Assembly (NCBI GenBank): GCA_031409335.1
Contig: JANNWY010000215.1
Location: 1 to 18,150, forward strand
Source of the DNA: Chthoniobacteraceae bacterium
GTDB taxonomy: Bacteria; Verrucomicrobiota; Verrucomicrobiia; Chthoniobacterales; Chthoniobacteraceae
Direction: 5' to 3'
Length of the DNA: 18,150 bases
In this document: piece by piece, positions 7,521 through 16,312 of the stretch
Position numbering within the stretch: position 1 is the stretch's first letter
Layout: each line of letters opens with the position of its first letter
The notes under the pieces: generated by a model
The model's database searches: none
The model's input: the letters and a program-made list of their open reading frames with translations, nothing else
Told to the model about the DNA's origin: nothing
Translations under genes and position numbers: made by a program

Positions 7521-10016
7521 TTATTTGCGATATAGGAACGAGTCAGACGTGAGCAGAGAGACGATCACGGCTTTGAAACTGCCGCCGCTTTCGAGATACG
7601 CTTTGTCTGCGGCGATGAGTGTTTGCGAGTCGGAGAGCAGTTCATTTCGCCCCATGTAAAAGCGGAATGCGTGACGGATGATGGACTGCCGAACGCGCTC
7701 GGATTTGCCGAGCCGGTCAATCAGCTCCAGTGCGTCGTTCACCGGGCCGTCGAGTTTCGCATCGCCGGTGCCGCGCAAGTTTCCATCCGTGTGGACGGGC
7801 TTGGTTTTGTAGGTCTCGGGTTCGTCGCGCTTGGTTTTGGCGATGATGTTTTCCGGGCTCTCAAGCGGCTCGTCCTTCCGAAAGCGCCCGAAGTCGTCGT
7901 AGAACTCGAACGGATAGCCGAGCGGGTTCATGTGCTGATGGCATTTCCAGCATGCCTCCTGCGTCGGCCCGGTCACGGACTCGACGCGTTCGCGGAAAGT
8001 CATGTGCGGATTTTCCGGGACTTTGGCATCGACGGTGATCGGCACGTCGGGCACGCGGCCAGCGAGCAGCTTTTCCTGAATCCAGCGCCCGCGCCGGATG
8101 GGGTCGGTGTGGAAGTTCGACGACTGCGCGATGAGCCACGCCGGGTGCGTGAGCAGGCCTTTGCGGTTGGCGACCTTGAACGGCTGGACGGCTTGGTAAT
8201 CCAGGTTGTCGTCCCCGCCATATTTCCCGCCGGTGCCGGGCGTCGCCGGGAGGCTGTAAGATTGGGAATACCGGAAGTGATTCCCGTGTGCCCACGGAAA
8301 CGTGGTGAAGGGCGTGTTGCCTTTGCCAAACGTGTAGGAGAAATGCTCCATCACGCGGATCAGATTGTTCGAGTGGGCACCTCTCCCAGTTTTTCCATTC
8401 TCGATTTTGTGCTTCTTCAAAAGCTCCTCGTGCTCCGCATAAACCTTCTCCGGGTTCGTCCGCCAGTCTGTGTCCTTCAGCGTTTCGTAGAGCGCTTTCC
8501 AGTCGGCGATGATCTGCGCGCCCTTCGCGTTATCGAGATTGTGGTAGAGGAAAAATTCGTCCGTCGTGAGCAGGTTCTCAAACACCTTTTTGTCCTGCCT
8601 CACATGCAGGTCCACAATCCGGTCCGCCTCACGGATGAGGTTGCCCGGCGTCGCGCTGCTGCCGCGCCCCGGATTGTCGTAATACCCTCCGCTCCGGTTC
8701 TTGTCTTTGAAGATCTTCACGGCATTCGGGTAGCCGAAGAACTCGCGGAAAAAGCGGATGATTTTCGGGTGGGAGACGACATCGGAATTGTTCACCGCTG
8801 GATCAATCTGGCCTTTGAAATAGTTCTCGTCGGCCAGTAGCCGCAGCACCTCCCGGCGGTAATCTTCCTTCGTATTCAGCCGCCCTTCCGCCGCGGCCTT
8901 CGCCAGCGCGGGGTCTGGACTCCAATCACCCAGCGCATACGAAATGGCGAAGCTGCCCTCGTGCGGCGACAGCATTTTCCGACCCGCGGCGTCCGGCGCA
9001 CCCGTGCCGAATTCCAGCCGGTAAAGAAACTCCGACTCCAGCAACACCGCCACGAGCATTTGGCGCAGCCCCTCGGTGTTGCCCGCGAGGCCAATGGCCG
9101 AGTGGGTCAGCGCCAGATATTTCGCCTGCTCCGCATCGGTTGGCGGGCGTCGCAGTGCGAGCGCGAACTGCGCCTGAATCGCAGCCACGAGCGCATCGTC
9201 CTCAGGCTGGCCCGCGTTCAGGATGATCTTTTCAAACGCCGGCGGAGTCGGCGCCGTAAATCGGTCCGCCTTGTTCTCAAAATAGTCCGCCTTGAAATCC
9301 CCCTTCCTCACCCGCGCCTCGCGGATCTGCTTTTGCGAAATCCACTGCGCGTTGGAAAGCATCGCCAGCAAATGCCCGCCATCCAGCGGCTCGATGGCGT
9401 AGTCGCGAATGCCCGCGCGGTCCGGCAGGACGAATGGATTCGAGACGCCGTAAAAGCTCACGGGCCAGCGGAGATACTTGTCGTGAGGCGCGCCCTTGGG
9501 GCGGAAGATGTCAATCACCCGCCCCATAAAAATCTGCGGACTCACCAGCCAGCGCCGCGCGGGCGTGAAGGGCTTGTCTTTGATTTCGCCGCTGAACAGC
9601 TTCGCGTGATCGACCGCATTGCCGTAGTCGGGATACCGCAGTTTGTCCTCGATGGAGGGCGCGTTCACTTTCACCAATTCACCGCGCACCCAATCCATGA
9701 GAAGTTTGCGCTCCGCCGGAGTCGGCTGCTTCTCATCATCCGGCGGCATCTCCGCGAAGTGCATCTGTTCCTCTAGCTTAGTTAGCACGTCCCGCCGGAC
9801 TTTCGCGTCCGCAGTCGCCAGCGTATCCAGCCGCACCTGGCCCTTGCTCTTTTTCTCGCCGTGGCAGTTGTAGCAATAAGTGCGGAGCAGCCCCGGCACT
9901 TGCGGATCGCCCGAACTCACGGCCTTCGTCCCCGTCAGTGTCCCCTGCCCCGAGGCGGACGCGACGGCAGCGAGCACGGCGACGGCGCTCAAAGTGACAG
10001 TGTGCAATCTACCCAT
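7521..10016 (-). CDS. DUF1592/DUF1588/DUF1585-type protein with planctomycete cytochrome c domains (two CxxCH)
   Basis: Signal peptide. CYNCHGEKKSKGQVRLD...EMPP (CxxCH at 9861-9875). ALRRPPT..E, VLLESEFLYRLE, ISYAL...PD..L. RKGLLTH...TDPIRRGRWIQEKLL...CWKCH (7938-7952), MNPLGYPFE.YD.FGRFR. C-terminal FRFYMGR...LLTSDSFLYRK. Confidence 0.88.
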   Translation of the reverse strand: MGRLHTVTLSAVAVLAAVASASGQGTLTGTKAVSSGDPQVPGLLRTYCYNCHGEKKSKGQVRLDTLATADAKVRRDVLTKLEEQMHFAEMPPDDEKQPTPAERKLLMDWVRGELVKVNAPSIEDKLRYPDYGNAVDHAKLFSGEIKDKPFTPARRWLVSPQIFMGRVIDIFRPKGAPHDKYLRWPVSFYGVSNPFVLPDRAGIRDYAIEPLDGGHLLAMLSNAQWISQKQIREARVRKGDFKADYFENKADRFTAPTPPAFEKIILNAGQPEDDALVAAIQAQFALALRRPPTDAEQAKYLALTHSAIGLAGNTEGLRQMLVAVLLESEFLYRLEFGTGAPDAAGRKMLSPHEGSFAISYALGDWSPDPALAKAAAEGRLNTKEDYRREVLRLLADENYFKGQIDPAVNNSDVVSHPKIIRFFREFFGYPNAVKIFKDKNRSGGYYDNPGRGSSATPGNLIREADRIVDLHVRQDKKVFENLLTTDEFFLYHNLDNAKGAQIIADWKALYETLKDTDWRTNPEKVYAEHEELLKKHKIENGKTGRGAHSNNLIRVMEHFSYTFGKGNTPFTTFPWAHGNHFRYSQSYSLPATPGTGGKYGGDDNLDYQAVQPFKVANRKGLLTHPAWLIAQSSNFHTDPIRRGRWIQEKLLAGRVPDVPITVDAKVPENPHMTFRERVESVTGPTQEACWKCHQHMNPLGYPFEFYDDFGRFRKDEPLESPENIIAKTKRDEPETYKTKPVHTDGNLRGTGDAKLDGPVNDALELIDRLGKSERVRQSIIRHAFRFYMGRNELLSDSQTLIAADKAYLESGGSFKAVIVSLLTSDSFLYRK

Positions 10017-10019
10017 GAT

Positions 10020-11078
10020 CTACTTTTTCAAAAGTGCCGCCATCGCCTTGCCCATCGCTTCGCCGACATCCATGTAGGTTTCCGCGTTGCCGTTGTAGTG
10101 GCTGTTTCCGCTGCCGCCCTTCGACAATGGATTCGCATAAACAGTGGCCACATTGCCTTTGAACTCCGGATGTTTCCCGGTGCTACCGTCCACGGCGAGT
10201 TGGGCATCGAGCACCTTGCCGCCATTGCCACCGCTGCCCTTCGTCGCCTCGCCTAGCGTCGCCAGCACGAACTTCGCGTTTGGAGCCTCAAAGTCCTTGC
10301 GCACTTGCTTGATGAACCGGACGAGATTCTGCTCGTAGCGACTCGCGTGTGCCGCGTTCCCACCGTCCTTCTCGCCCTGCCAGAAAAAGAACCCCGCGAC
10401 CTCATAGCCCTTCGCGCCGGGGTAATACTTATCCAGTTCCGAGAGCACCTTCTTCGCATTCGCCACATCGTCGTCATACTGCTTGCCAGCATACCAGCCA
10501 ATCGGCGTCGGCTCGGTGCCCTTTGCCCAGGAATCGGGTGAATCTTTATAGCCCGCGAAGACCTTGCCTTCGAACTCGAACCGCTCGCTTCCTGGCGGCA
10601 GGAGATCCCAGCCGAGGCTGCGGTTGCCGATGCAGCTCTTGAGGATCATCACCGGCGCATCCACGGCATTTCCCACCGGATGCCCGAGCCCGTATTCCGG
10701 CCCCATGCTCTTACCCTTCACCGTCATCCATTCGTTGTTAAAAAGCTGCATCCCACCGCCTTTGCCGACCATCACGCGCACATTGCGAACATCCTTCCGC
10801 TCCGTCCAGTTCCCCGCATCATCCACAAGGTAGGGATAGAGCTTCTTAGTCTTAACCGCATTCTCCAGCGAGCCCTCGGCACCCGCAATCTTGCCTAGAC
10901 CGACCATGTTCGACTGCCCCATGAGGATGAAGACTTGCACCTTCTTCGTCATGTCCGCCGGTTTGTCGTCCGGGCGTTTGAGTTCAGTCTGCGCGGCGGC
11001 GGGATTCTCTTGGGCGAAGGCTGGCAGCGCCGATGCGCCGAGCAGTGCGATGAATGCGATGGTCTGGTTGGTGTTCAT
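10020..11078 (-). CDS. Secreted SGNH carbohydrate esterase (sialate O-acetylesterase / SASA domain)
   Basis: Signal peptide ending PAFA-Q. VFILMGQSNM nucleophile block, MGPEYGLG, ILKSCIG, GFFFWQGEKD and C-terminal SHY. Confidence 0.88.
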   Translation of the reverse strand: MNTNQTIAFIALLGASALPAFAQENPAAAQTELKRPDDKPADMTKKVQVFILMGQSNMVGLGKIAGAEGSLENAVKTKKLYPYLVDDAGNWTERKDVRNVRVMVGKGGGMQLFNNEWMTVKGKSMGPEYGLGHPVGNAVDAPVMILKSCIGNRSLGWDLLPPGSERFEFEGKVFAGYKDSPDSWAKGTEPTPIGWYAGKQYDDDVANAKKVLSELDKYYPGAKGYEVAGFFFWQGEKDGGNAAHASRYEQNLVRFIKQVRKDFEAPNAKFVLATLGEATKGSGGNGGKVLDAQLAVDGSTGKHPEFKGNVATVYANPLSKGGSGNSHYNGNAETYMDVGEAMGKAMAALLKK

Positions 11079-11123
11079 AGATTCTGAGATACGCCGTTTT
11101 CCACCTCGCTGCTACTCCGACCA

Positions 11124-12689
11124 TCACATGCGCTTCATCCCAAGTAAGCGACCACGCGGAGTCTGAGGGCGGCTGCGTCCGTCGGTGATGAGTTTGTCGA
11201 GCTGCGCGGTGAGGCGCTGGAGAACTTCGGGGTGGGAGGCGGAGACATCGGTGCGTTCGCCAGGATCGGCGGTGAGGTTGTAAAGCGTTTCAAGTCCAGC
11301 GGGAAGCGGCGTTTCCTCCTTGCTCACGCGGGCCTGCGGTTTGCCGCGCTGTTTGAGGCGCACGAGTTTCCACTCGCCAGCGCGGAGGCCGAAGTTTCCG
11401 CCGCCGTTGTCCTGCTGGAGAATGTGGTCGCGGCCTTTGGCACCGGGTTTGCCGAGCAGGGCATCGAGCACGTTGAAACTGTCCAGGCAGCCGTCCACCG
11501 CGGGCGACTGGCCGGTGAGCGCGGCAAAACTGGCGGCGAAGTCCACCGTGCTGACGATCTCATCCGACACGGCGGGTGCAATGCGGCCTTTCCACCGCGT
11601 GATGAACGGCGTGCGCGTGCCGCCTTCCCACACGCTGTATTTGCCGCCGCGATACGGGCCGGCAGGCTGGTGCTCGCCTAGTTTCTCCACCGCCTCGTCT
11701 TTGTAGCCATCGTCGAGCACAGGGCCGTTGTCGGAGCAGAAAACGATGAGTGTTCTTTCCGCGAGGCCAAGGCGGTCGAGCGTTTTCATCAACTCGCCGA
11801 CGCACCAGTCGAGCTGCACGATGCTGTCGCCGCGCGGGCCGAGCGTAGTCTTGCCTTGAAAGCGCTCGTGGGTGACGCGGGGGACGTGGATGTCGTGCGA
11901 GGCGAAGTAGAGGAAAAACGGGCGCTCTTTGTTTGCCTCCATCCAGCGGTTCGATTCGCGCACCCATGCATCGGCGAGGTCTTCGTCGCGAAAACGAGCC
12001 TTGGTGCCGCCGGTGTAAAATCCGATGCGGCTGATGCCATTGTGGATGGTTTCGTTATGCCCGTGCGACCAGTCCATCTTCAGCGTGTCGCGATGCGTGA
12101 TGCCGGTGGGATGATCTTCTGACGGCTTCTTGTCGCCGACCCACAGCGAGTCGGCGGGGTCGAGGTTTTTCACGCGGCGGTCCTCGACGAAAGTCTGCGG
12201 CACGCGGTCGTTCGTGGTGGGTAGGAGGAAACAATGGTCGAAGCCGATGTCGAGCGGGCCGGGCTTGAGTTCGCCATTCCAGTCGGGCGCGGGATCGCCG
12301 AGGCCGAGATGCCATTTACCAATGACGGCGGTGGCGTAGCCCGCGCGTCGCAGAATGGACGGGAGCGTTTCCGTGCCCGGCTTGATGATAGCCGGACCGT
12401 TCGGCGGCGCGATGCCCGTGCCTTTTTGCCGGAACGCATAGGTGCCCGTCAGCAGCGAAAAGCGCGTGGGCGTGCAGGTGGACGCGGAGCAATAGCCGCT
12501 GGTGAAGCGCACACCCTCTCGCGCGAGTTGGTCAATCGCCGGCGTTTGCACTGCCTTCGCACCGTAGCACGACACATCGCCATAGCCGAGGTCGTCGGCC
12601 ATGATGACGATGATATTCGGCTGCTCCGCCGCGCGGGCAGAGATGAGCGCGAGGAAAGCGAGGAGTGTTAATGGAAGTTTCCAGCTCAT
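11124..12689 (-). CDS. Secreted Cys-type (formylglycine-dependent) sulfatase, arylsulfatase A-like
   Basis: Signal peptide. PNIIVIMADDLGYGD, CTPTRFSLLTG (CxPxR at 12462-12476), GYATAVIGKWHLG, IHVP, SDNG, GGKYSVWEGGTR and LYNLTADPGE. Confidence 0.95.
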   Translation of the reverse strand: MSWKLPLTLLAFLALISARAAEQPNIIVIMADDLGYGDVSCYGAKAVQTPAIDQLAREGVRFTSGYCSASTCTPTRFSLLTGTYAFRQKGTGIAPPNGPAIIKPGTETLPSILRRAGYATAVIGKWHLGLGDPAPDWNGELKPGPLDIGFDHCFLLPTTNDRVPQTFVEDRRVKNLDPADSLWVGDKKPSEDHPTGITHRDTLKMDWSHGHNETIHNGISRIGFYTGGTKARFRDEDLADAWVRESNRWMEANKERPFFLYFASHDIHVPRVTHERFQGKTTLGPRGDSIVQLDWCVGELMKTLDRLGLAERTLIVFCSDNGPVLDDGYKDEAVEKLGEHQPAGPYRGGKYSVWEGGTRTPFITRWKGRIAPAVSDEIVSTVDFAASFAALTGQSPAVDGCLDSFNVLDALLGKPGAKGRDHILQQDNGGGNFGLRAGEWKLVRLKQRGKPQARVSKEETPLPAGLETLYNLTADPGERTDVSASHPEVLQRLTAQLDKLITDGRSRPQTPRGRLLGMKRM

Positions 12690-12698
12690 TCCCTTTCG

Positions 12699-15600
12699 TT
12701 ACGGGCTGGTAACCGCGAGGCGTGCGAATTTCCTGCCGCCGAGTGGCGAAGGGAAGGTGTATCTGATGTTGTTTCCCGTGATGGCTACATGGATACCGAG
12801 GGTTTCGGCCACCCATGGACCGATGAGCGTATCCGAGGTTTCGACGACGAAGCGGGTGCCGTAGGTGCCGGTGAATCTCGCCGCTTTTGACCATGTGACG
12901 CTGACGCTGCCGCCACTGCTCACTGCGCCGGGAAGTGCGGTGAAGCCGTTGGTCGCGGTGTTGCCGCCAACGAACCATTCGATGCCGTTGGCCACGCCAT
13001 CGCCGTCGTGATCCTGGTCCAGCGTCTGGGTGTTGCCATTGGCGGCTTGCCATGCGGTGAAGCTGCCGGGCGGCACGCTGCTTGCCAGCAACTGGACCAT
13101 GCCACGACCGAGCGCGTCGCCAGTGAGCATGTAGGTTTCGGCGTTGTGATAGTAGTGGTAGTTCTGGCTGAGATTCGGACCGGTGGTGCGCCAGTAGCCG
13201 CGTGCTTCCATGGTTTTCACGTTGCCGGCAAACTCAGGATAGATGCCCGCCGCTCCATCGACGGCGAGCTGGGCGTTGGCGACGGTGATCCGGTTTTGCA
13301 CAGTGGCATTGAATCCATCGAACGCGGCGGTCGCCAGCACGAATGGCGCGTTTGGCACGATCTTGCCGGGGTAGAGGGATTCGTAGTAGCTGCGGATTTC
13401 CTTGATGAAATGCGCCATGTTCTGCTGGTAGCGATTCGCGTATGCCGTGGTGAAGCTCAGGCCATCATTCCACCCGTGCCACCAGACGAAGCCAGCGATC
13501 TCAAAGCCTTGCGCGGCCCACTGCGGGTATTCGGCGGCGAAGTTGTCGAGGACATTGGTCACATTGAAAACCGACGGGATGCTGGCACCCGCCGGAGCCC
13601 AGTGTGCCTTGCGGAGAAAGCATTGGTCGTATTGGTAGCCTCCGTAAAAGCCGGCGGTCGGGACAGGCGTGGACCCGGTAACCCACGAAGCCGGTGAGTC
13701 GCCATAGCCGGCGTAGGTATTGGTGGTGAGCGTGGATTGTGGGCTGCCTGGGGGAAGGAGATCCCAGCCGAGAGCACGGCCACCCTGCGAGCTTTTGAGG
13801 AGCAGGACTGGCTCGTCATGATACCAGCCCATCACATGCCCAAAGCCGAGTTCGGGGCCGAAGGAATTGCTGCTGGATGCAAATCCGGTGGTGAGCGGGC
13901 CGTTGCCGATGGCAGCGATGACGCCACGATAGATCACGTCGTTGCGGCTGACGAAACCGCCGCCCGCAGCGACGAGATTGGGAAACTTCCTTTCGACCGT
14001 GGTGATGGTCTGAAGGGTCGCCGCTTCGGTGCCGCCGGCGCGGCCATACCCGACCATGTTGGACTGCCCGGACATGATGTAAACTTTCACGCGCTTGTTG
14101 GTGACGCCCGTCGAGCCATCGGGCGCAGGCAGCGGGTAGGGAATGTTTGGCTTGCTGCTGGTGGAGTTGGGGTTGGTAAAGGACGCGGTGGCCTCATACC
14201 AGTCCCCTGCTCCATCGCCATCGGTATCCGGGAGGTTGGGGTTGCTGCCGGGATTGGTGGCGCTCACATAGCTGCCGGAGTTGGATTCGAGGCCATCCCG
14301 GAGGCTGTCGTTGTCGCTGTCAGCCTGGGTCGGATTCGTGCCGGTGTTGGTCGCGCTGATCCACACGCCGGTGTTGCTTTCCACGCCATCGCGCAGGCCG
14401 TCCGCATCGGTGTCTGCCGTGAGCCTTCCCGTGCCCATGGCGATCTCGCCCCGAAAAGTTCGCTGCGCGCCGTTGTCGCTGTAGGCGATGCCCGCCGCCG
14501 CCCATGCGGCATAGCGAGCGTCTGCGTTGGTGAGCGTGATGTTCCCATTGTCGAGCAGTCCGTCTGCATCCGTGTCTGGGTTGATCGGATGGGTGCCGAA
14601 TTGGAACTCCTGAAGGTTCGTCAGGCCGTCTTGATCCAGATCGCCGCCGGGATTGAGGGAAGTCTCCGAGGCAGGGCTGGTGTAGAGCAACTCCCAGAGG
14701 TTCGGCAGTCCGTCGTCGTCGAAGTCCGGGTCGATGACTCTGATGCTGCCGGTGCCGGTGAGGAATGGCGCACCGTTCGCGCTGTTGTAAATGCCGAGTC
14801 CCTGGGTGACCCCGTTGAGGACTAAATTCCGGAGGACGCTTTCTCCACTGAAATTCAACGCAAGCACCGCGCCGCTGTTCACCGTCACAGTGGCAAGTTC
14901 GCTCAAGCTTGGCTGGCCAAGCGCCAACGTGCCCTGGGTGACGGTGGTAGGACCGGTGTAAGTGTTCACCCCGCTGAGCACCTGGATTCCGGGGCCGCTC
15001 TTCGTAAGGGTCATGCCCGCTGTGCCGTTGGAAATGACTCCTGAATATGTGTGGCTCTTGCCAGCACCGGGATTGAGCGTCAGGGACGTGACGGCGGAAT
15101 AAGTTGTGTTGAAGACGGTGGCGATGTTCGTGCTGCCTTTGAGCCCGCCAATGACTGGCGCAGTCACGGGCGTCGCGGCGGCGCTGGGAGGACGGGCTCC
15201 ACTGAGGTCGATCTTCCCGGTGCTGGCAGTGTCGATGGCGCTGTTTTGCAGCGAGAGATTGTCGCAGAGATAGAGCACGCCCGCATTGGTCGCGTTGACG
15301 AACGTATCGCCGGTGAAGTTATTCGAGCTAATCAGCCTCACCTTGCCCGCGGTGACGACCAAGCCATTGGCTCCGGTGAGCGAGTTGGCGTTGTTCAGGT
15401 TCACATAGTTGCCAGCTCTCGCTCCGCCAAAGCGGTAGGTACTATTGCCCGGCGTGATCGTGCCGGTGAAGGCAAAGGATTGCGTCCCTGGGCTATCCCA
15501 TGTGGCGAGGCTGGCGTTGGGGAAACCCGTGAGGTCCAGCGCACTGCTGGAACCGGCATTGTTCGCGTAGATCGTGAAGGTGTTCGTCGTCGGTGCAAGG

Positions 15601-16310
15601 CGCTGGAGGAACGCGTTGTTCAGATTTGCTCCCCGCCGCAGGATGGAAGCATTCGCGCCGACCGCCACGCTCGCGGCGGGAAGGCCGGTAACGTCTGCGG
15701 TATCGAAGCCAAGCGCCGCCCCCGCAGCCACCGTGGTCCCGCTGCCGTAGCTACTGGTGCCCGTCAGGTAAACGGGCTGGGTTCCGGAGATGACCACCGA
15801 GTTGCCGGCTCCTGCAAATCCAGTGGACATGGTGAAGACGCTTGCATTTGCAAACCCTCCGGTAGTAGTGCTCGTGCTTTCAAACCGGTAAGCGGTGTTG
15901 CCGGTGGCCAGCGCGAAGCCGGTGAAGGGATAGCTTCCGGTTCCTTTGAAAATACTGCCAGCGGCCATCTCGACCGTGCTGCCAGCAAAGGTGTAGCCAG
16001 CCGAGGAGAGCGCGATTCCGCCGGCGGTGATAGGCACGGCCACGGTGATCGCCGCCCCGGTTCCCGCGAAAACGGCGGTGTCGTTGCTAGCGTTACTCCA
16101 TGCGACGTGAGGAACAGCGCCCGCATCCCAGTTGAGCAGCGTGGGGTTCCAAGTGCCGACTCCACCCGCGCTAGCGGTGTTGCCGTTGGTGGCGATGTCG
16201 GTCGTCCCACCGTCCCAATAGCGCGTTGCGGCCTGCGTCGAACTGGGTGAGATGAACGCCAGACTCGCGAGAGCGGTAACTAAGAATGGGAAAGGTTTGG
16301 GGAATCTCAT
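12699..16310 (-). CDS. Large secreted modular protein: autotransporter-associated beta-strand repeat region, DxDxDG Ca-binding repeats, SGNH/SASA esterase domain and a C-terminal domain
   Basis: Start moved from 16472 to ATG 16310 (MRFPKPFPFLVTALASLAFISPSSTQA signal peptide, 2 nt after the upstream stop). It contains RYWDGG, LTKSGPGIQVLSGVNTYTGPTTVTQGTL, six DxDxDG-type repeats, and YIMSGQSNM...FGPELGFG...WWHGWND...NYHY. Confidence 0.88.
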   Translation of the reverse strand: MRFPKPFPFLVTALASLAFISPSSTQAATRYWDGGTTDIATNGNTASAGGVGTWNPTLLNWDAGAVPHVAWSNASNDTAVFAGTGAAITVAVPITAGGIALSSAGYTFAGSTVEMAAGSIFKGTGSYPFTGFALATGNTAYRFESTSTTTGGFANASVFTMSTGFAGAGNSVVISGTQPVYLTGTSSYGSGTTVAAGAALGFDTADVTGLPAASVAVGANASILRRGANLNNAFLQRLAPTTNTFTIYANNAGSSSALDLTGFPNASLATWDSPGTQSFAFTGTITPGNSTYRFGGARAGNYVNLNNANSLTGANGLVVTAGKVRLISSNNFTGDTFVNATNAGVLYLCDNLSLQNSAIDTASTGKIDLSGARPPSAAATPVTAPVIGGLKGSTNIATVFNTTYSAVTSLTLNPGAGKSHTYSGVISNGTAGMTLTKSGPGIQVLSGVNTYTGPTTVTQGTLALGQPSLSELATVTVNSGAVLALNFSGESVLRNLVLNGVTQGLGIYNSANGAPFLTGTGSIRVIDPDFDDDGLPNLWELLYTSPASETSLNPGGDLDQDGLTNLQEFQFGTHPINPDTDADGLLDNGNITLTNADARYAAWAAAGIAYSDNGAQRTFRGEIAMGTGRLTADTDADGLRDGVESNTGVWISATNTGTNPTQADSDNDSLRDGLESNSGSYVSATNPGSNPNLPDTDGDGAGDWYEATASFTNPNSTSSKPNIPYPLPAPDGSTGVTNKRVKVYIMSGQSNMVGYGRAGGTEAATLQTITTVERKFPNLVAAGGGFVSRNDVIYRGVIAAIGNGPLTTGFASSSNSFGPELGFGHVMGWYHDEPVLLLKSSQGGRALGWDLLPPGSPQSTLTTNTYAGYGDSPASWVTGSTPVPTAGFYGGYQYDQCFLRKAHWAPAGASIPSVFNVTNVLDNFAAEYPQWAAQGFEIAGFVWWHGWNDGLSFTTAYANRYQQNMAHFIKEIRSYYESLYPGKIVPNAPFVLATAAFDGFNATVQNRITVANAQLAVDGAAGIYPEFAGNVKTMEARGYWRTTGPNLSQNYHYYHNAETYMLTGDALGRGMVQLLASSVPPGSFTAWQAANGNTQTLDQDHDGDGVANGIEWFVGGNTATNGFTALPGAVSSGGSVSVTWSKAARFTGTYGTRFVVETSDTLIGPWVAETLGIHVAITGNNIRYTFPSPLGGRKFARLAVTSP
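14200..14735 (-). repeat. Intragenic DxDxDG (bacterial TSP3-like) Ca-binding repeats
   Basis: DFDDDGLPNLWE, DLDQDGLTNLQE, DTDADGLLD, DTDADGLRDGVE, DSDNDSLRDGLE and DTDGDGAGDWYE, several separated by GT/SxP..D linkers. Confidence 0.8.
14930..15940 (-). repeat. About 1 kb coding module, copy 1 (paralogous to 17160-18150)
   Basis: Shared peptides AGAGNSVVISGTQPVYLTGT, GTTVAAGAALGF, GTQSFAFTGTITP, VNLNNANSLTGAN and LNPGAGK. The 33-nt tract ccggtgagcgagttggcgttgttcaggttcaca is identical in both copies. Boundaries are approximate. Confidence 0.9.
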
Positions 16311-16312
16311 CG

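Noticed and set aside
8340..8480. Locally lower-GC patch inside the DUF1592 gene, suggesting a mosaic junction
   Set aside because: The frame is intact and the Lys/Glu-rich content can explain it. It cannot be supported without codon-usage computation.
11079..11160. Odd sulfatase tail (PQTPRGRLLGMKRM) and 45-nt gap as a possible scar or internal promoter
   Set aside because: No repeat, terminator or convincing promoter motif is visible, and variable C-terminal tails are common.
14200..14735. Repetitive DNA as a possible CRISPR array or DGR template
   Set aside because: The repeats are degenerate, in frame and encode DxDxDG motifs. No cas or reverse transcriptase gene is present, and differences in the 1 kb duplication are not obviously adenine-specific.
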